A DNA stretch of 64,000 bases from Leptonemataceae bacterium (GTDB lineage: Bacteria > Spirochaetota > Leptospiria > Leptospirales > Leptonemataceae): assembly GCA_965227295.1 (NCBI GenBank), contig OZ245742.1, positions 1,440,001 through 1,504,000 of the forward strand. Reading direction: 5' to 3'. Position numbers and translations under genes: made by a program. This document shows, piece after piece, positions 23,264-32,623 of the stretch; position 1 is the stretch's first letter, and every line of letters starts with the position of its first letter. The notes under the pieces were generated by a model, which worked only from the letters and a program-made list of their open reading frames with translations, ran no database searches and was not told the DNA's origin.

Positions 23264-24637
23264 CTACTTCTGCCCCAGCACAATCAACGTAAGATCGTCC
23301 GCAATGTTCAAATCATGGCTGTGTTGGCCGATCAACGTGGCGAAGCGCTGGAGTACGGCATCGCCGAGTTCTTTGGAGGAGGCGTGATTATCGCAGGCGC
23401 TTTCGGCCACCCAGTGTGTCCCCACGGCTTTGCCGTCGACGTTCTGCTCTTCCACCAGGGCGTCGGTAAAGAGCAGCAGGCGGGCCCCCGTTTCAAAAGC
23501 GTAGCTAGCTTCGATGTACTGGGGATCGTCGACCAGACCAATGGGCGGCCCGGCACTCGTGAGTTCCTGCACGGGGTCGGAACCGCGGCAGAGCAACTGT
23601 GCCAGATGACCGGCCGAGCAGAAGATAATATGATCCGCATACACGTCGACCACCACCGCGGAAAAGCTGATCGAATCGCCGTAGTCCCGCACCAGAACGC
23701 GATTGAATTCCCGCAAGGTCGCGGCCGGTGAACGTTTCTCCGCGTTTACACCGGCCCAGGCACCCTTGATCAACATGGCGGAGAGAGAAGCGTTGATGCC
23801 GTGGCCCCGCGCGTCCGCGAGGAAGATGCGCAGCCGATCCGGGAAGGGTCGGGAAAGATCGTAGAGATCGCCGCTGAGTTCGGCGGCCGGCAGGTGCCGT
23901 AGCGAAATGTCGAACTCGCTGACCATGTCATCATCGATGCGATACACGCGATTTTGCAGATGCTGGGCCAGGGTCAGGTCTTCGCTCATCAGCAAGCGCA
24001 GGTTTTCGACTTTGCGATACGATTCATCGTAGTTGCGCGTAACGCTGGCGAGCACCAGACTGAAGAATACCAGGGCCAGGGGCAGACCTACCACGAGGTC
24101 CCAGAACCGTTGGTCTTCGGACGCGTAGTCCACGACCTGGAGCGGTCCGTGGAAGTCCAGGTAGATCAATACGACGACGATGCCGATCATCAGCGCAAAG
24201 GCGAGGACCTTCAGTACGCCCCGCACGAGCACGGCGAGCATCGTGGCGAGGAGGAAGAAGAAGTACTGCGCGACGCCGTCCGCACCGGCGTTCTTGAACC
24301 ACAGAAAGACGAGAACCATCGTGCTGATGATCAGCATGGGCAGGGCCAGCAACTGATAGCGGTTCCGAAAACCGGCGAAGAAGCGGCTCAGATAATAAAT
24401 CAAAAAGAACGTCAACGATGCGCCGGCGAGGATCATCGCGGTACCGCCGATGCCCAGGGCGAAATCGACGAAGATAAACAGCGCGCTGATCACCCCCGCG
24501 TAGAAGGACGACACGTTCAGGATGCGATGGTCCAGCGGCAGGGCGTGTTTGGCCCCGAAGACCTGACTCGAAATTTTCCAGTATAGTTTCAGCACAATTC
24601 TTGCCGGCGAACGAAAAAATCCATGCAGTCCAGGCAC
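23264..24637 (-). CDS. Membrane-bound SpoIIE/PP2C family phosphatase
   Basis: N-terminal TM helices; LSGDLYD, FLADARGHG, SAGH, FTDAL, DDLTL. Start uncertain (GTG 24637 or 24595). Confidence 0.88.
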   Translation of the reverse strand: MPGLHGFFRSPARIVLKLYWKISSQVFGAKHALPLDHRILNVSSFYAGVISALFIFVDFALGIGGTAMILAGASLTFFLIYYLSRFFAGFRNRYQLLALPMLIISTMVLVFLWFKNAGADGVAQYFFFLLATMLAVLVRGVLKVLAFALMIGIVVVLIYLDFHGPLQVVDYASEDQRFWDLVVGLPLALVFFSLVLASVTRNYDESYRKVENLRLLMSEDLTLAQHLQNRVYRIDDDMVSEFDISLRHLPAAELSGDLYDLSRPFPDRLRIFLADARGHGINASLSAMLIKGAWAGVNAEKRSPAATLREFNRVLVRDYGDSISFSAVVVDVYADHIIFCSAGHLAQLLCRGSDPVQELTSAGPPIGLVDDPQYIEASYAFETGARLLLFTDALVEEQNVDGKAVGTHWVAESACDNHASSKELGDAVLQRFATLIGQHSHDLNIADDLTLIVLGQK

Positions 24638-24657
24638 ATGCGCAGAGTCTCGCCGCC

Positions 24658-25437
24658 ATGCCCGGGGTGCATTTTCTCCTGTTGAGCGGCGGCACCGGCC
24701 AACGCATGGGGGCCACCCGTCCCAAGCAGTTTCTAAATCTCGGTGACCGGCCCGTACTCCAGCACAGCCTCGATACCTTTCTGGCCTGGACTCCGCCGAA
24801 AGACCTGTCCGCCAATCGCGGGGGATGCATCGTCGTCGCCCCGGCGGCTTACCGTGACGAAACCATGCACGTGCTCACGCACATCCCGGCCCTTCGCGGG
24901 ATATTATCGGACCTGAGTGCGCCGCATCCCACCGGCGGCGTAACGGAAAATTCAGAAAGTGTCGCGGGGGTTGTCGAGGGCGGGACGAATCGTCACGAGT
25001 CCACGTTGCATGGCCTTGCCGCTCTGGCTCCGCATCTCCGTGACGGCGATGCCGTGTTCATTCACGACGCCGCGCGGCCGCTGATCGAGGACGCGGAGCT
25101 GACGGCGCTCTGCCGGGCGATCTTTGCGAAAGATTCGAGCGGCATCGCGAGTCTGGCCGGCCCGGTTACGGAGACGATCGTAAAGGGCAGGTCATTACCG
25201 GGGGCGTTCGAGCACAGCGTCGATCGCAATGAGTACTTCGCCATCAAAACGCCCCAGGCATTCACAACGACTGTGCTGCGCCGGTTGCAAAACTTCACCG
25301 GCAGCTTCACGGATCTTTTGACCTGGGGCGAGGCCGCGGGCATTCGCGGAGAACTCGTCCCCGCGGGCCCGCGCAACATCAAACTCACCCATGCCGCGGA
25401 CTTGCCGTACCTGGAAACCCTGCTGCGTTCTTCCTGA
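24658..25437 (+). CDS. ispD: 2-C-methyl-D-erythritol 4-phosphate cytidylyltransferase family (IspD/TarI)
   Basis: SGGTGQRMG..PKQF, GGTNRHES, IHDAARP, TPQAF, NIKLT. Start uncertain (24601 or 24658). Confidence 0.82.
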   Translation: MPGVHFLLLSGGTGQRMGATRPKQFLNLGDRPVLQHSLDTFLAWTPPKDLSANRGGCIVVAPAAYRDETMHVLTHIPALRGILSDLSAPHPTGGVTENSESVAGVVEGGTNRHESTLHGLAALAPHLRDGDAVFIHDAARPLIEDAELTALCRAIFAKDSSGIASLAGPVTETIVKGRSLPGAFEHSVDRNEYFAIKTPQAFTTTVLRRLQNFTGSFTDLLTWGEAAGIRGELVPAGPRNIKLTHAADLPYLETLLRSS

Positions 25438-25828
25438 ACCACGGAACGAACTGCACGATTCCCCAGAGCATCTCGGGCACGAGAAAGAACGCGAGCAACA
25501 CTGTGCCGCCGCCGGCAAGATAAAACACCATCCATGCGCTGAAGAGCGTGCGCCCGATCGCGTCGTAGAAGCCGTATTCCGGCAGCGGATTGCGCAGACG
25601 AATTACGGACCACAGTGTAACGATACTGCCGAAAAGATTCACGAAGAACAGATGCATCGGATCAAACGCCGGAAAGGCGCCGCCGAATCCGAGCACTGTG
25701 TGCAGCTCGCGCAGCAGATCGATTTTCAGCGCGGCGATGATCGGTACGGCGAAGCCCGCCGACAGTACGACGTCATAGAGCGCCGACCACCACACGATGC
25801 GGCGATAGTGGGAATCAGAAAGTTGCAT
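25385..25828 (-). CDS. Hypothetical membrane protein, probable target of the adjacent MerR regulator
   Basis: ATG 25828 preceded by GGGAGG; about four hydrophobic helices; lies downstream of a MerR-type promoter; 3' end overlaps ispD by 53 nt. Confidence 0.75.
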   Translation of the reverse strand: MQLSDSHYRRIVWWSALYDVVLSAGFAVPIIAALKIDLLRELHTVLGFGGAFPAFDPMHLFFVNLFGSIVTLWSVIRLRNPLPEYGFYDAIGRTLFSAWMVFYLAGGGTVLLAFFLVPEMLWGIVQFVPWFRKNAAGFPGTASPRHG

Positions 25829-25882
25829 GTTTACCTCCCGGGACGCGCGTTTCGCGCAGAACCCCTTGCCAACTTTCCGGCC

Positions 25883-25914
25883 AGTATAAACACTGGAGCA
25901 CACTCCATGGTCAA
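25883..25914 (-). promoter_or_regulatory. MerR-type sigma70 promoter with long spacer and dyad operator
   Basis: Minus strand reads TTGACC-N20-TATACT with TGGAG-tgtg-CTCCA dyad in the spacer, the architecture of ZntR-controlled PzntA. Confidence 0.85.
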
Positions 25915-25931
25915 GAGGGGGCCGCAAAAAA

Positions 25932-26303
25932 ATGCTCATCGGTGAACTCGCGGAACGCACAGGCCTGTCCCGGGACACGATCCGTTACTACGAGAAGTTG
26001 GGACTCATTCCGGTATTGGTGCGCCGGGACAACGGTTACAAGGAGTACCCGGAAGAATCGGCGCAGGCGGTGAACCTCATTCGATTGGGCAAGTCGCTGG
26101 GGTTTACGTTAGCGGAGATCCGGGCTTTCGCCGGGCGCATTCAGTCCGAGGACGTTGAGTTTGCGGATGTGCGGGATGAGATTCAGGAAAAGGTCGCCGA
26201 CATCGACGTGCGTATTCGAAACCTCAAGGCCATGCGCAAGGAACTTCTGCACATTCTGGATACCTGCCCGGCGCGCTCGCGGTTGCGCGGCAAGCTTCAG
26301 TAA
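25932..26303 (+). CDS. MerR family transcriptional regulator
   Basis: IGELAERTGLSRDTIRYYEKLGLI, NGYKEY, LGFTLAEI, coiled coil. Confidence 0.93.
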   Translation: MLIGELAERTGLSRDTIRYYEKLGLIPVLVRRDNGYKEYPEESAQAVNLIRLGKSLGFTLAEIRAFAGRIQSEDVEFADVRDEIQEKVADIDVRIRNLKAMRKELLHILDTCPARSRLRGKLQ

Positions 26304-26328
26304 TTGCGAAAAACCTGCGCGGTATCCG

Positions 26329-28038
26329 TCACTCGTCGGTATCGCCCAGGCGCATCTGCATTTTCTTCATGCGCCGGACTTCGGCTTCTTTGCATTCGAA
26401 CGAACGGTTTAAGTACCGGCGGGCAGAAGTTACGTCTCCCTGTTCTAAGGCCACGAAGGCGCGGTTAAACCACAGCAGGGAGTTGTGCGGATTGGCTTCG
26501 ATGCGGCGGCGTAGATAGTTCTCCGCCTCATCGTAACGCTTTTGGTGAATGAGATCGCGGAGGGCCTCGTCGCGATCCGGAGCGTCCGCCGCGGGCGCAT
26601 CGAACAGGGGGGCCGTCTTCGGCGCGTGCGTGCTGACGGTCTCGCCGCAATCCTTCACGCGGACCAGCAACATGGTTACGTCATCGTCCTGGGCGCGGCC
26701 ACCGGTAAAACGATCCAGGTCCCGGCGCAGCGTACGCAGAATATCCCTGGGTGGAAACTCGCGCATCTCGTGCAGTACGCGTTTGAGGCGATCGCGGCCG
26801 TACTGTTCCTGGCTGTCGTCGTTGGCTTCTTCCAGGCCGTCCGTATAAAAGAAGAGCAGCAAATCCCTGGAGAGCGGGTACTCGCGCATTTCGTAGCGCG
26901 CTTCGTCGAACATGCACAGAATGTCGCCGGCGGAGTCCAGCTCATCGATGGTGCCGTCCGGATGTACGGCCAGGGCCGGCCGGTGCGAGGCGTTGCAGAA
27001 TTGCACAATGCCCCGCGCGGGTTCCAGCACGGCGATGTAGCCGGTCATGTAGTGGTGCTCAAGCAGGTACTCCATTAAGTCGCGGTTGATGAAATCGAAG
27101 ATGCGATCCGGGCGATCGTTGCCCGCGGACAGCGCATGAAAAAACGAAAGCCGCGCCATGGACGCGATGAGCGCCGCCGGCACGCCGTGGCCGCTGGCGT
27201 CGGCCATGAAGATCGCCAGACGATCATCCTCCTCACGTCCGCTGAATTCTTTCATGACGCGCACATCGTAGAAGTCGCCGCCGACCTGTTCCATGCTCTC
27301 GTACATGCCGAGCATTTCCACGGTATCGTTGCGCGGCAGATGTTTCGGCAGGAGGTTGCGTTGTACTGTTTGCGCCAGGTTCAGGTCGCGCAGGATCGCG
27401 TCCCGGCGTTGTTTGAGTTCCTGGCGCATGCCGATGAGCCGCCGTTCGCGGTTGTAGGCGGTCAACCGGATGCGCTCACCGGCGTAGTGCATGATCGTCG
27501 TCACGAAGAAAGCGATGCAGACGTTGTTTAAGTCGTAGAGATTTTCGAGCTGATAGAGCCCGGTATCGAAAATCAACGGAACGATCAAGTACTGTGCGAA
27601 TGAGAGTGCGAGCAGGCCGGCCACGTAAAAGAACGGAAAGGGAAACAGAGCGGAGAGCAGCACCGCCAGCAGGTAACCGGAGACGTACCGGGTGTCGTAG
27701 TCCGTGAGCGCGGCCATGGCCGGGGCGACCTGGAGCATGATCATGCCGGCGGTCCCCAGGTAGAGCAGCGAGTAGCGTTGTGCGTGGCGGCGGAACAGGG
27801 AAGCGATTACGATGATGAAACCGATGGCGCTGAGACTCAGGCGCAGCGCGGCCAGCAGCCAGGCCTTCTCCGGGTGGATGAGTCCATCCATAAGCAGGAA
27901 CGGCGTCCAGCCGAAGGTGGCCATCAGGCCGGCCCAAAAGAGCAGCCGGATATTGACGGCGCGGAGATAGTCCTTAAACTCGGCGTAATTGACCCCGGCC
28001 CGTTCGGGAAAGAAGCGCTGCATCAGCGTCCGTGACAC
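26329..28038 (-). CDS. Membrane-bound SpoIIE/PP2C phosphatase with C-terminal TPR-like region
   Basis: TM region; VGGDFYD, MADASGHGVPAAL, YTDGL, DDVT; C-terminal YDEAENYLRRRIEANP TPR-like segment. Confidence 0.9.
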   Translation of the reverse strand: MSRTLMQRFFPERAGVNYAEFKDYLRAVNIRLLFWAGLMATFGWTPFLLMDGLIHPEKAWLLAALRLSLSAIGFIIVIASLFRRHAQRYSLLYLGTAGMIMLQVAPAMAALTDYDTRYVSGYLLAVLLSALFPFPFFYVAGLLALSFAQYLIVPLIFDTGLYQLENLYDLNNVCIAFFVTTIMHYAGERIRLTAYNRERRLIGMRQELKQRRDAILRDLNLAQTVQRNLLPKHLPRNDTVEMLGMYESMEQVGGDFYDVRVMKEFSGREEDDRLAIFMADASGHGVPAALIASMARLSFFHALSAGNDRPDRIFDFINRDLMEYLLEHHYMTGYIAVLEPARGIVQFCNASHRPALAVHPDGTIDELDSAGDILCMFDEARYEMREYPLSRDLLLFFYTDGLEEANDDSQEQYGRDRLKRVLHEMREFPPRDILRTLRRDLDRFTGGRAQDDDVTMLLVRVKDCGETVSTHAPKTAPLFDAPAADAPDRDEALRDLIHQKRYDEAENYLRRRIEANPHNSLLWFNRAFVALEQGDVTSARRYLNRSFECKEAEVRRMKKMQMRLGDTDE

Positions 28039-28140
28039 GGCGAGAGGTTACGACGAGCCCAGGTCCGTAGTCTACCTAAAAGTAACCGTGTTCGCCTGGA
28101 AATCGCTGTACTTTTGGTCGGGTGTGTGCTAGAGAGAATC

Positions 28141-28731
28141 ATGCGACTGTTTACCGCCGTCGAAGTTCCCGAAGACGTTTCCGAGCGCATCGCCGGAATC
28201 TGCCACGGCCTCCCCGGAGTTCGCTGGACCCCGCCCGATCAGTTCCACATGACCCTGCGCTTTATCGGCGAGGTCAGTGAGGCGCAGCGCGAGGAGATTT
28301 CTGAGACCCTCAGCGGAGTGCACTGCGACTCCTTTACGTTGCATTTGCGCGGCCTCGGTCAATTCTTGCACCGGCGGATGCCGGGGGTGATCTGGCTGGA
28401 CGTGGAGATGCAGCCGGCCCTGGAGCATCTGCATCGAAAAATCGAAAGCGCGCTGCGAGGCCTCGGCTTCCCCGGCGACAAACGCGCGTTCCAACCGCAC
28501 GTTACGATCGCCCGGTTGAAGACGGCACCGTCTTCGCGGGTGCAGCAGTACCTCGATACCTACGGCGACTTCGATGCCGGCTCGTTCGAGGTGAACGAGT
28601 TCTTGTTGCTTTCCAGTGTGCTGCGGCCGAACGGCGCCACGCATACCGTGGAGGATGTTTACGATCTGCATCCGGACTATTCCGACGGCGGCGAGCAACT
28701 GGCGCGCGAAGCGGACCAGGGCGCGGCGTGA
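28141..28731 (+). CDS. thpR: RNA 2',3'-cyclic phosphodiesterase (2H family)
   Basis: MRLFTAV start; two HxT motifs (FHMTLRFIG, PHVTIAR). Confidence 0.9.
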   Translation: MRLFTAVEVPEDVSERIAGICHGLPGVRWTPPDQFHMTLRFIGEVSEAQREEISETLSGVHCDSFTLHLRGLGQFLHRRMPGVIWLDVEMQPALEHLHRKIESALRGLGFPGDKRAFQPHVTIARLKTAPSSRVQQYLDTYGDFDAGSFEVNEFLLLSSVLRPNGATHTVEDVYDLHPDYSDGGEQLAREADQGAA

Positions 28732-29348
28732 AACCGGACCAGGCGCCGCCGTACTTCCGCGGGACGCAGTACATCGGCTCGTTTCCGTCGATTGACGACT
28801 GCCCGAATACCGGCGTGATCCCGCAGATCGCATTTACGGGCCGCTCGAACTCGGGCAAGTCCAGTTTGATTTCGGCGTTATGCGATCATCGTAATCTTGC
28901 TAAGTCTTCTTCGGCGCCGGGTAAGACTCGCACGTTGAACTACTTTCTCGTTCCGGATTCCAATGCCCCGCCGCACGGTTTGTATCTTGTTGATTTGCCC
29001 GGTTACGGTTTCGCTAAGATTCCGAAGAATGAGCGCTCGCGTTTGCGCGCCATGGTGGATCGTTTCCTGGCCGAAGCGCAGAACATGTTGCTGCTCGTCA
29101 TTGTCCTCGACGCCCGCCGAAAACTGGAAGAGGAAGAAGAGAACATTGTGCGCTACTGCCGCGAGTTCGATCAGCCGTTCGTATTCGCGCGGACGAAGTG
29201 GGACAAGTTGAACACCAAAGAGCGCGGCAAGGCGTTAAACGATTGGAAGGCCGCAGGGTTGGCGGATGTGAGCATTGCGCTGTCGTCCGTGAAGAAGAAC
29301 GCCGGGATCGTGAAGATGCTGGACCTGGTGCGCGGGAAGTTGGGTTGA
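28728..29348 (+). CDS. engB: Ribosome biogenesis GTP-binding protein YihA/YsxC
   Basis: GRSNSGKSS, PGKT, DLPGYG, TKWDK. Confidence 0.93.
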   Translation: MKPDQAPPYFRGTQYIGSFPSIDDCPNTGVIPQIAFTGRSNSGKSSLISALCDHRNLAKSSSAPGKTRTLNYFLVPDSNAPPHGLYLVDLPGYGFAKIPKNERSRLRAMVDRFLAEAQNMLLLVIVLDARRKLEEEEENIVRYCREFDQPFVFARTKWDKLNTKERGKALNDWKAAGLADVSIALSSVKKNAGIVKMLDLVRGKLG

Positions 29349-29389
29349 TGGGGCAAAAGATACGGTGACTTCTGGCGACGTGAGGGCGT

Positions 29390-29889
29390 CTAAAAATTGT
29401 CGAGGACATCCTTTGCCGCTCTTCCCGAAATCCTTTTTATTTTCAAGGCAATGTCGGTTAGAGTTTCGAATGCTTTACTGGCCCTATCGCCCACATCATC
29501 TAATTGCATATTGGCGACGCGAACACCAAGCATAATATTTTTTGCGCGATGGTATTCGCCTCGAATGTTTGCCCGTTGGACCTGGGTCAGTCTATAACGA
29601 GGCCTTGCCATTAGTTCCTCGCAGACCTGTTTCAACATGAGCGCATAGTGCTGGACGATATCGGACAAAGCTCGATTCAGGTGATGTTCAACATCTGCGA
29701 TCTGCCAGGTAATGATTGCCGGATCGGGATTGGCAGACATCGCTTCTTTTCCAGCCTTTTGTAAGTGGAATAGACAGTCTCTGACATTTGTGTAAGCGCC
29801 GCCGCTATGATTAAGAATCGTTCTTTGAATACTTCACGAAGGTATTCGTCAACATCTGCAGCATTGCGGTATTCGCGAACTACTGACAT
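29390..29889 (-). pseudogene. Probable single ~166-aa gene split by a 1-nt frameshift (ORF-track 70 aa + 116 aa)
   Basis: The frame of the 116-aa ORF stays open for 31 codons upstream of its ATG. One extra A in TTC-AAA-GAA (29824-29826) fuses the two ORFs (500+1 nt = 167 codons). Confidence 0.5.
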
Positions 29890-29895
29890 CGATGA

Positions 29896-30147
29896 TCATG
29901 TGGTGAAATCTTTCAATTCTTGCAACTCTTCTTCGGAAATTTCCGGGCTGTCAACAAAGGCCCCAGAATGACGCCCAAGTGTGATCTTGCCTTCTCCTCG
30001 TGGAGACCTCAGACTTCTGCCTAGAGTGTGCATGATTGCCGCCTTTTTTAAGACAAAGTCTGCCGTGAGTGGCTGATCAGGCTCTCGCCCCATCGTAGCC
30101 GCGTAAAGGTTGGTAAGTTGCTGAGATACTTCGTCAAATTTCTTCAT
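29896..30147 (-). CDS. Hypothetical protein (83 aa)
   Basis: ATG start; 15-bp and 6-bp gaps to co-oriented neighbours in a lower-GC islet. Confidence 0.6.
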   Translation of the reverse strand: MKKFDEVSQQLTNLYAATMGREPDQPLTADFVLKKAAIMHTLGRSLRSPRGEGKITLGRHSGAFVDSPEISEEELQELKDFTT

Positions 30148-30162
30148 GCTACACCCTGCCGA

Positions 30163-30588
30163 CTATTGCAGTTTATCCATTAACTCCTCAATTTCTCGTA
30201 ATCCGTTGAGAAGCCTGTTGTCGATTTTGCCGTCCTTTTCTGCAACCTGCGCAATGCGCAGCTTGTATTCGGAAATCTTATTGTCCAGTTCAGAGCCTTC
30301 CTGGATTTCACCTTGAATTAGAAATTCGTCCTTAATAGTCTTCAGTCTCTCCAGGAACATCTTTGAAAGTTGCTTCCGTCTCTTGATGACTTCACTCTGA
30401 GCCTCTTCCCGTAGCGAATCGGTTATCTGAAATTCATCCCGCACAAAAGATGCGAGCAAGGAGAAAATCCGAACGTATAAGGTGTCGAGATCTTCCTCCG
30501 AGGACCAGTTTTCCTCAATGATCGTTATAAGTGTAATCGGCGTAACGAACTCTTTGGTGAATTCGTTTATGTTGGCCAGTTCACCCAT
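30163..30588 (-). CDS. Hypothetical protein (141 aa, acidic, helical)
   Basis: ATG start; first gene of the co-oriented islet; no recognisable motif. Confidence 0.65.
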   Translation of the reverse strand: MGELANINEFTKEFVTPITLITIIEENWSSEEDLDTLYVRIFSLLASFVRDEFQITDSLREEAQSEVIKRRKQLSKMFLERLKTIKDEFLIQGEIQEGSELDNKISEYKLRIAQVAEKDGKIDNRLLNGLREIEELMDKLQ

Positions 30589-30969
30589 AATCCGTAGAAG
30601 AGCCTAAGGTCGGATGTCGATCGTGTAGGTCAAAGCAAATCAAGCTTTGTCGTGTTTCATAGAGACCCAGTTCACAACTGGTTTGTGTACCTTTTTCACA
30701 TTATGTCGCACAGTACCATTTTCCAGGCAAGAAGTAAAATCGGCGTGTATTTGAGGCGAGGCTTGTTCAACGATTGAACAAAAGAGTTGACTCGCGGCGC
30801 GGGGAGCGATTCTTGTCTCGTTCGCCCCTGGGACTCACCTGGCGAAGCTGTGTCCGCACGGCGTCGCGTCCCATTTGAGTAGTACCCCGGCAATTGCCGG
30901 GTGTCTCACTCAAACCCCAAAAAATTTCAACGAACTCATTCGAGAGTACACAGCATTTCAGAGGAATAT

Positions 30970-31947
30970 ATGCAAAAGACAGCCCTGATTACCGGGATTA
31001 CAGGCCAGGACGGATCCTACCTGGCCGAGTTTCTTCTAAATAAAGGCTACAAGGTTTTCGGCATGGTCCGCCGATCCTCCACGGAAAACTTCGAGCGCCT
31101 GGAACACCTGCGGGACCGTGTGGAATTGCGGCAGGGGGACTTGCTCGATCAGCTCAGTTTGATCAACCTGATCGACGACACGCAGCCGGACGAAATTTAC
31201 AACCTGGCGGCGCAGTCCTTCGTGCCCACGTCCTGGACGAAACCGCTGCTCACCGGCGAGTTTACCGCCCTGGGCGTGACTCGCATGCTCGAAGCGGTTC
31301 GCACCGTAAACAAGAAGATCAAATTTTACCAGGCTTCCAGCTCCGAGATGTTCGGCAAGGTCCTGGAGGTTCCGCAAACGGAAACGACTCCGTTTTATCC
31401 GCGTTCGCCCTACGGCGTTGCCAAGGTTTACGGACATTTCATTACGGTAAACTACCGCGAGTCGTACGATCTGTTCGCCGTTTCCGGCATCCTGTTCAAC
31501 CATGAGAGCCCGCGGCGCGGCAAAGAGTTCGTAACGCGCAAAGTTTCGGACGGCGTCGCGCGCATTAAGCTCGGTCTTACCAACGAACTGCGCATGGGCA
31601 ACCTGGACGCGAAGCGCGACTGGGGTTTCGCCGGTGATTACGTCGAAGCCATGTGGCTGATGCTCCAACAGGATTCCCCGGACGACTACGTCATCGCCAC
31701 CGGAGAGACGCATACGGTCGAAGAGCTCGTGAAGGTAGCCTTCTCCCAGGCCGGTCTGGACTGGGAGAAGCACGTCGTAATGGATGAGCGCTTCCTGCGT
31801 CCGGCGGAAGTCGATCTCCTCGTCGGTGATCCGAAAAAGGCGAAAGAGAAGCTCGGCTGGGAACCGAAGGTGAGCTTCGAAGAACTCGTTCGCATGATGG
31901 TCGATTCGGACATCAAGCTCCTCGAAGAAAATCCGCGGCGGCGTTGA
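30970..31947 (+). CDS. gmd: GDP-mannose 4,6-dehydratase
   Basis: [56 protein letters not shown] before ATG 30970. Confidence 0.97.
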   Translation: MQKTALITGITGQDGSYLAEFLLNKGYKVFGMVRRSSTENFERLEHLRDRVELRQGDLLDQLSLINLIDDTQPDEIYNLAAQSFVPTSWTKPLLTGEFTALGVTRMLEAVRTVNKKIKFYQASSSEMFGKVLEVPQTETTPFYPRSPYGVAKVYGHFITVNYRESYDLFAVSGILFNHESPRRGKEFVTRKVSDGVARIKLGLTNELRMGNLDAKRDWGFAGDYVEAMWLMLQQDSPDDYVIATGETHTVEELVKVAFSQAGLDWEKHVVMDERFLRPAEVDLLVGDPKKAKEKLGWEPKVSFEELVRMMVDSDIKLLEENPRRR

Positions 31948-31976
31948 TACAGAATTCTTCGCGTCAGCGATGTGCA

Positions 31977-32079
31977 GGGTGGCCGAAGGCCAGTCCGCGC
32001 TTCGCGCGGACCGCAGCGAAGCGGAGCCCGAAGCAGCGCGGTGCCCCGCCGCCACCGCGGCGCGGCGGGGCAGACGCCC
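31977..32079. repeat. REP-like multi-hairpin intergenic element
   Basis: Hairpins TGGCC-GAA-GGCCA, GTCCGCGC-TTC-GCGCGGAC and TGCCCCGCCGC...GCGGCGGGGCA; shares GGACCGYAGCGMAGCG with the reverse complement of 52262-52320. Confidence 0.55.
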
Positions 32080-32166
32080 AAACAAATCTTGCCGGAATTA
32101 CTATCCTTTGATTCGAGGCGTCTTTGATCTGTGCGGCTCTGAATCGCCGCGAACCAAAAGTTAATC

Positions 32167-32601
32167 ATGCCCCTCCGCGAAAACGCCAGTATTTCCGACG
32201 AATTGCGGCACGAGATCTTTCGCATTCTGAAGGATTGTCCGGATATTTCGCAGCGAGACCTCGCGGCGCGGCTGGGCGTGAGCCTCGGCAAGGCCAACTA
32301 TTGCCTGCGAGCGCTCATTCAAAAGGGCTGGATCAAGGCGCGAAACTTCAAGAACAGCAAGAACAAACTCGCGTACGCCTACTATCTGACCAGCGCCGGC
32401 ATCGAGGAAAAAGCCCGGCTTACGTTTCGTTTTCTGAAACGTAAGGTCCGCGAGTACGAGGATCTGGTCGAAGTCATTGAAGATCTGAAGAAAGAAGCCG
32501 AGGAGATGGGCGAGCTGCTCTTCGAGACCTCGGGCATTCGCATTACCGAAGAGCGGCTGGAAGAGAGCGAGGACGAGGCGCCGAAACGGAAGGCTCGTTA
32601 G
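32167..32601 (+). CDS. MarR family EPS-associated transcriptional regulator
   Basis: [41 protein letters not shown]. Confidence 0.92.
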   Translation: MPLRENASISDELRHEIFRILKDCPDISQRDLAARLGVSLGKANYCLRALIQKGWIKARNFKNSKNKLAYAYYLTSAGIEEKARLTFRFLKRKVREYEDLVEVIEDLKKEAEEMGELLFETSGIRITEERLEESEDEAPKRKAR

Positions 32602-32623
32602 CGTACGACAGGAGACGTCTACT

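Noticed and set aside
30589-30969. ops/JUMPStart element, tRNA or known riboswitch
   Set aside because: No GGCGGTAG, no cloverleaf with T-loop, and no riboswitch consensus that I could recognise.
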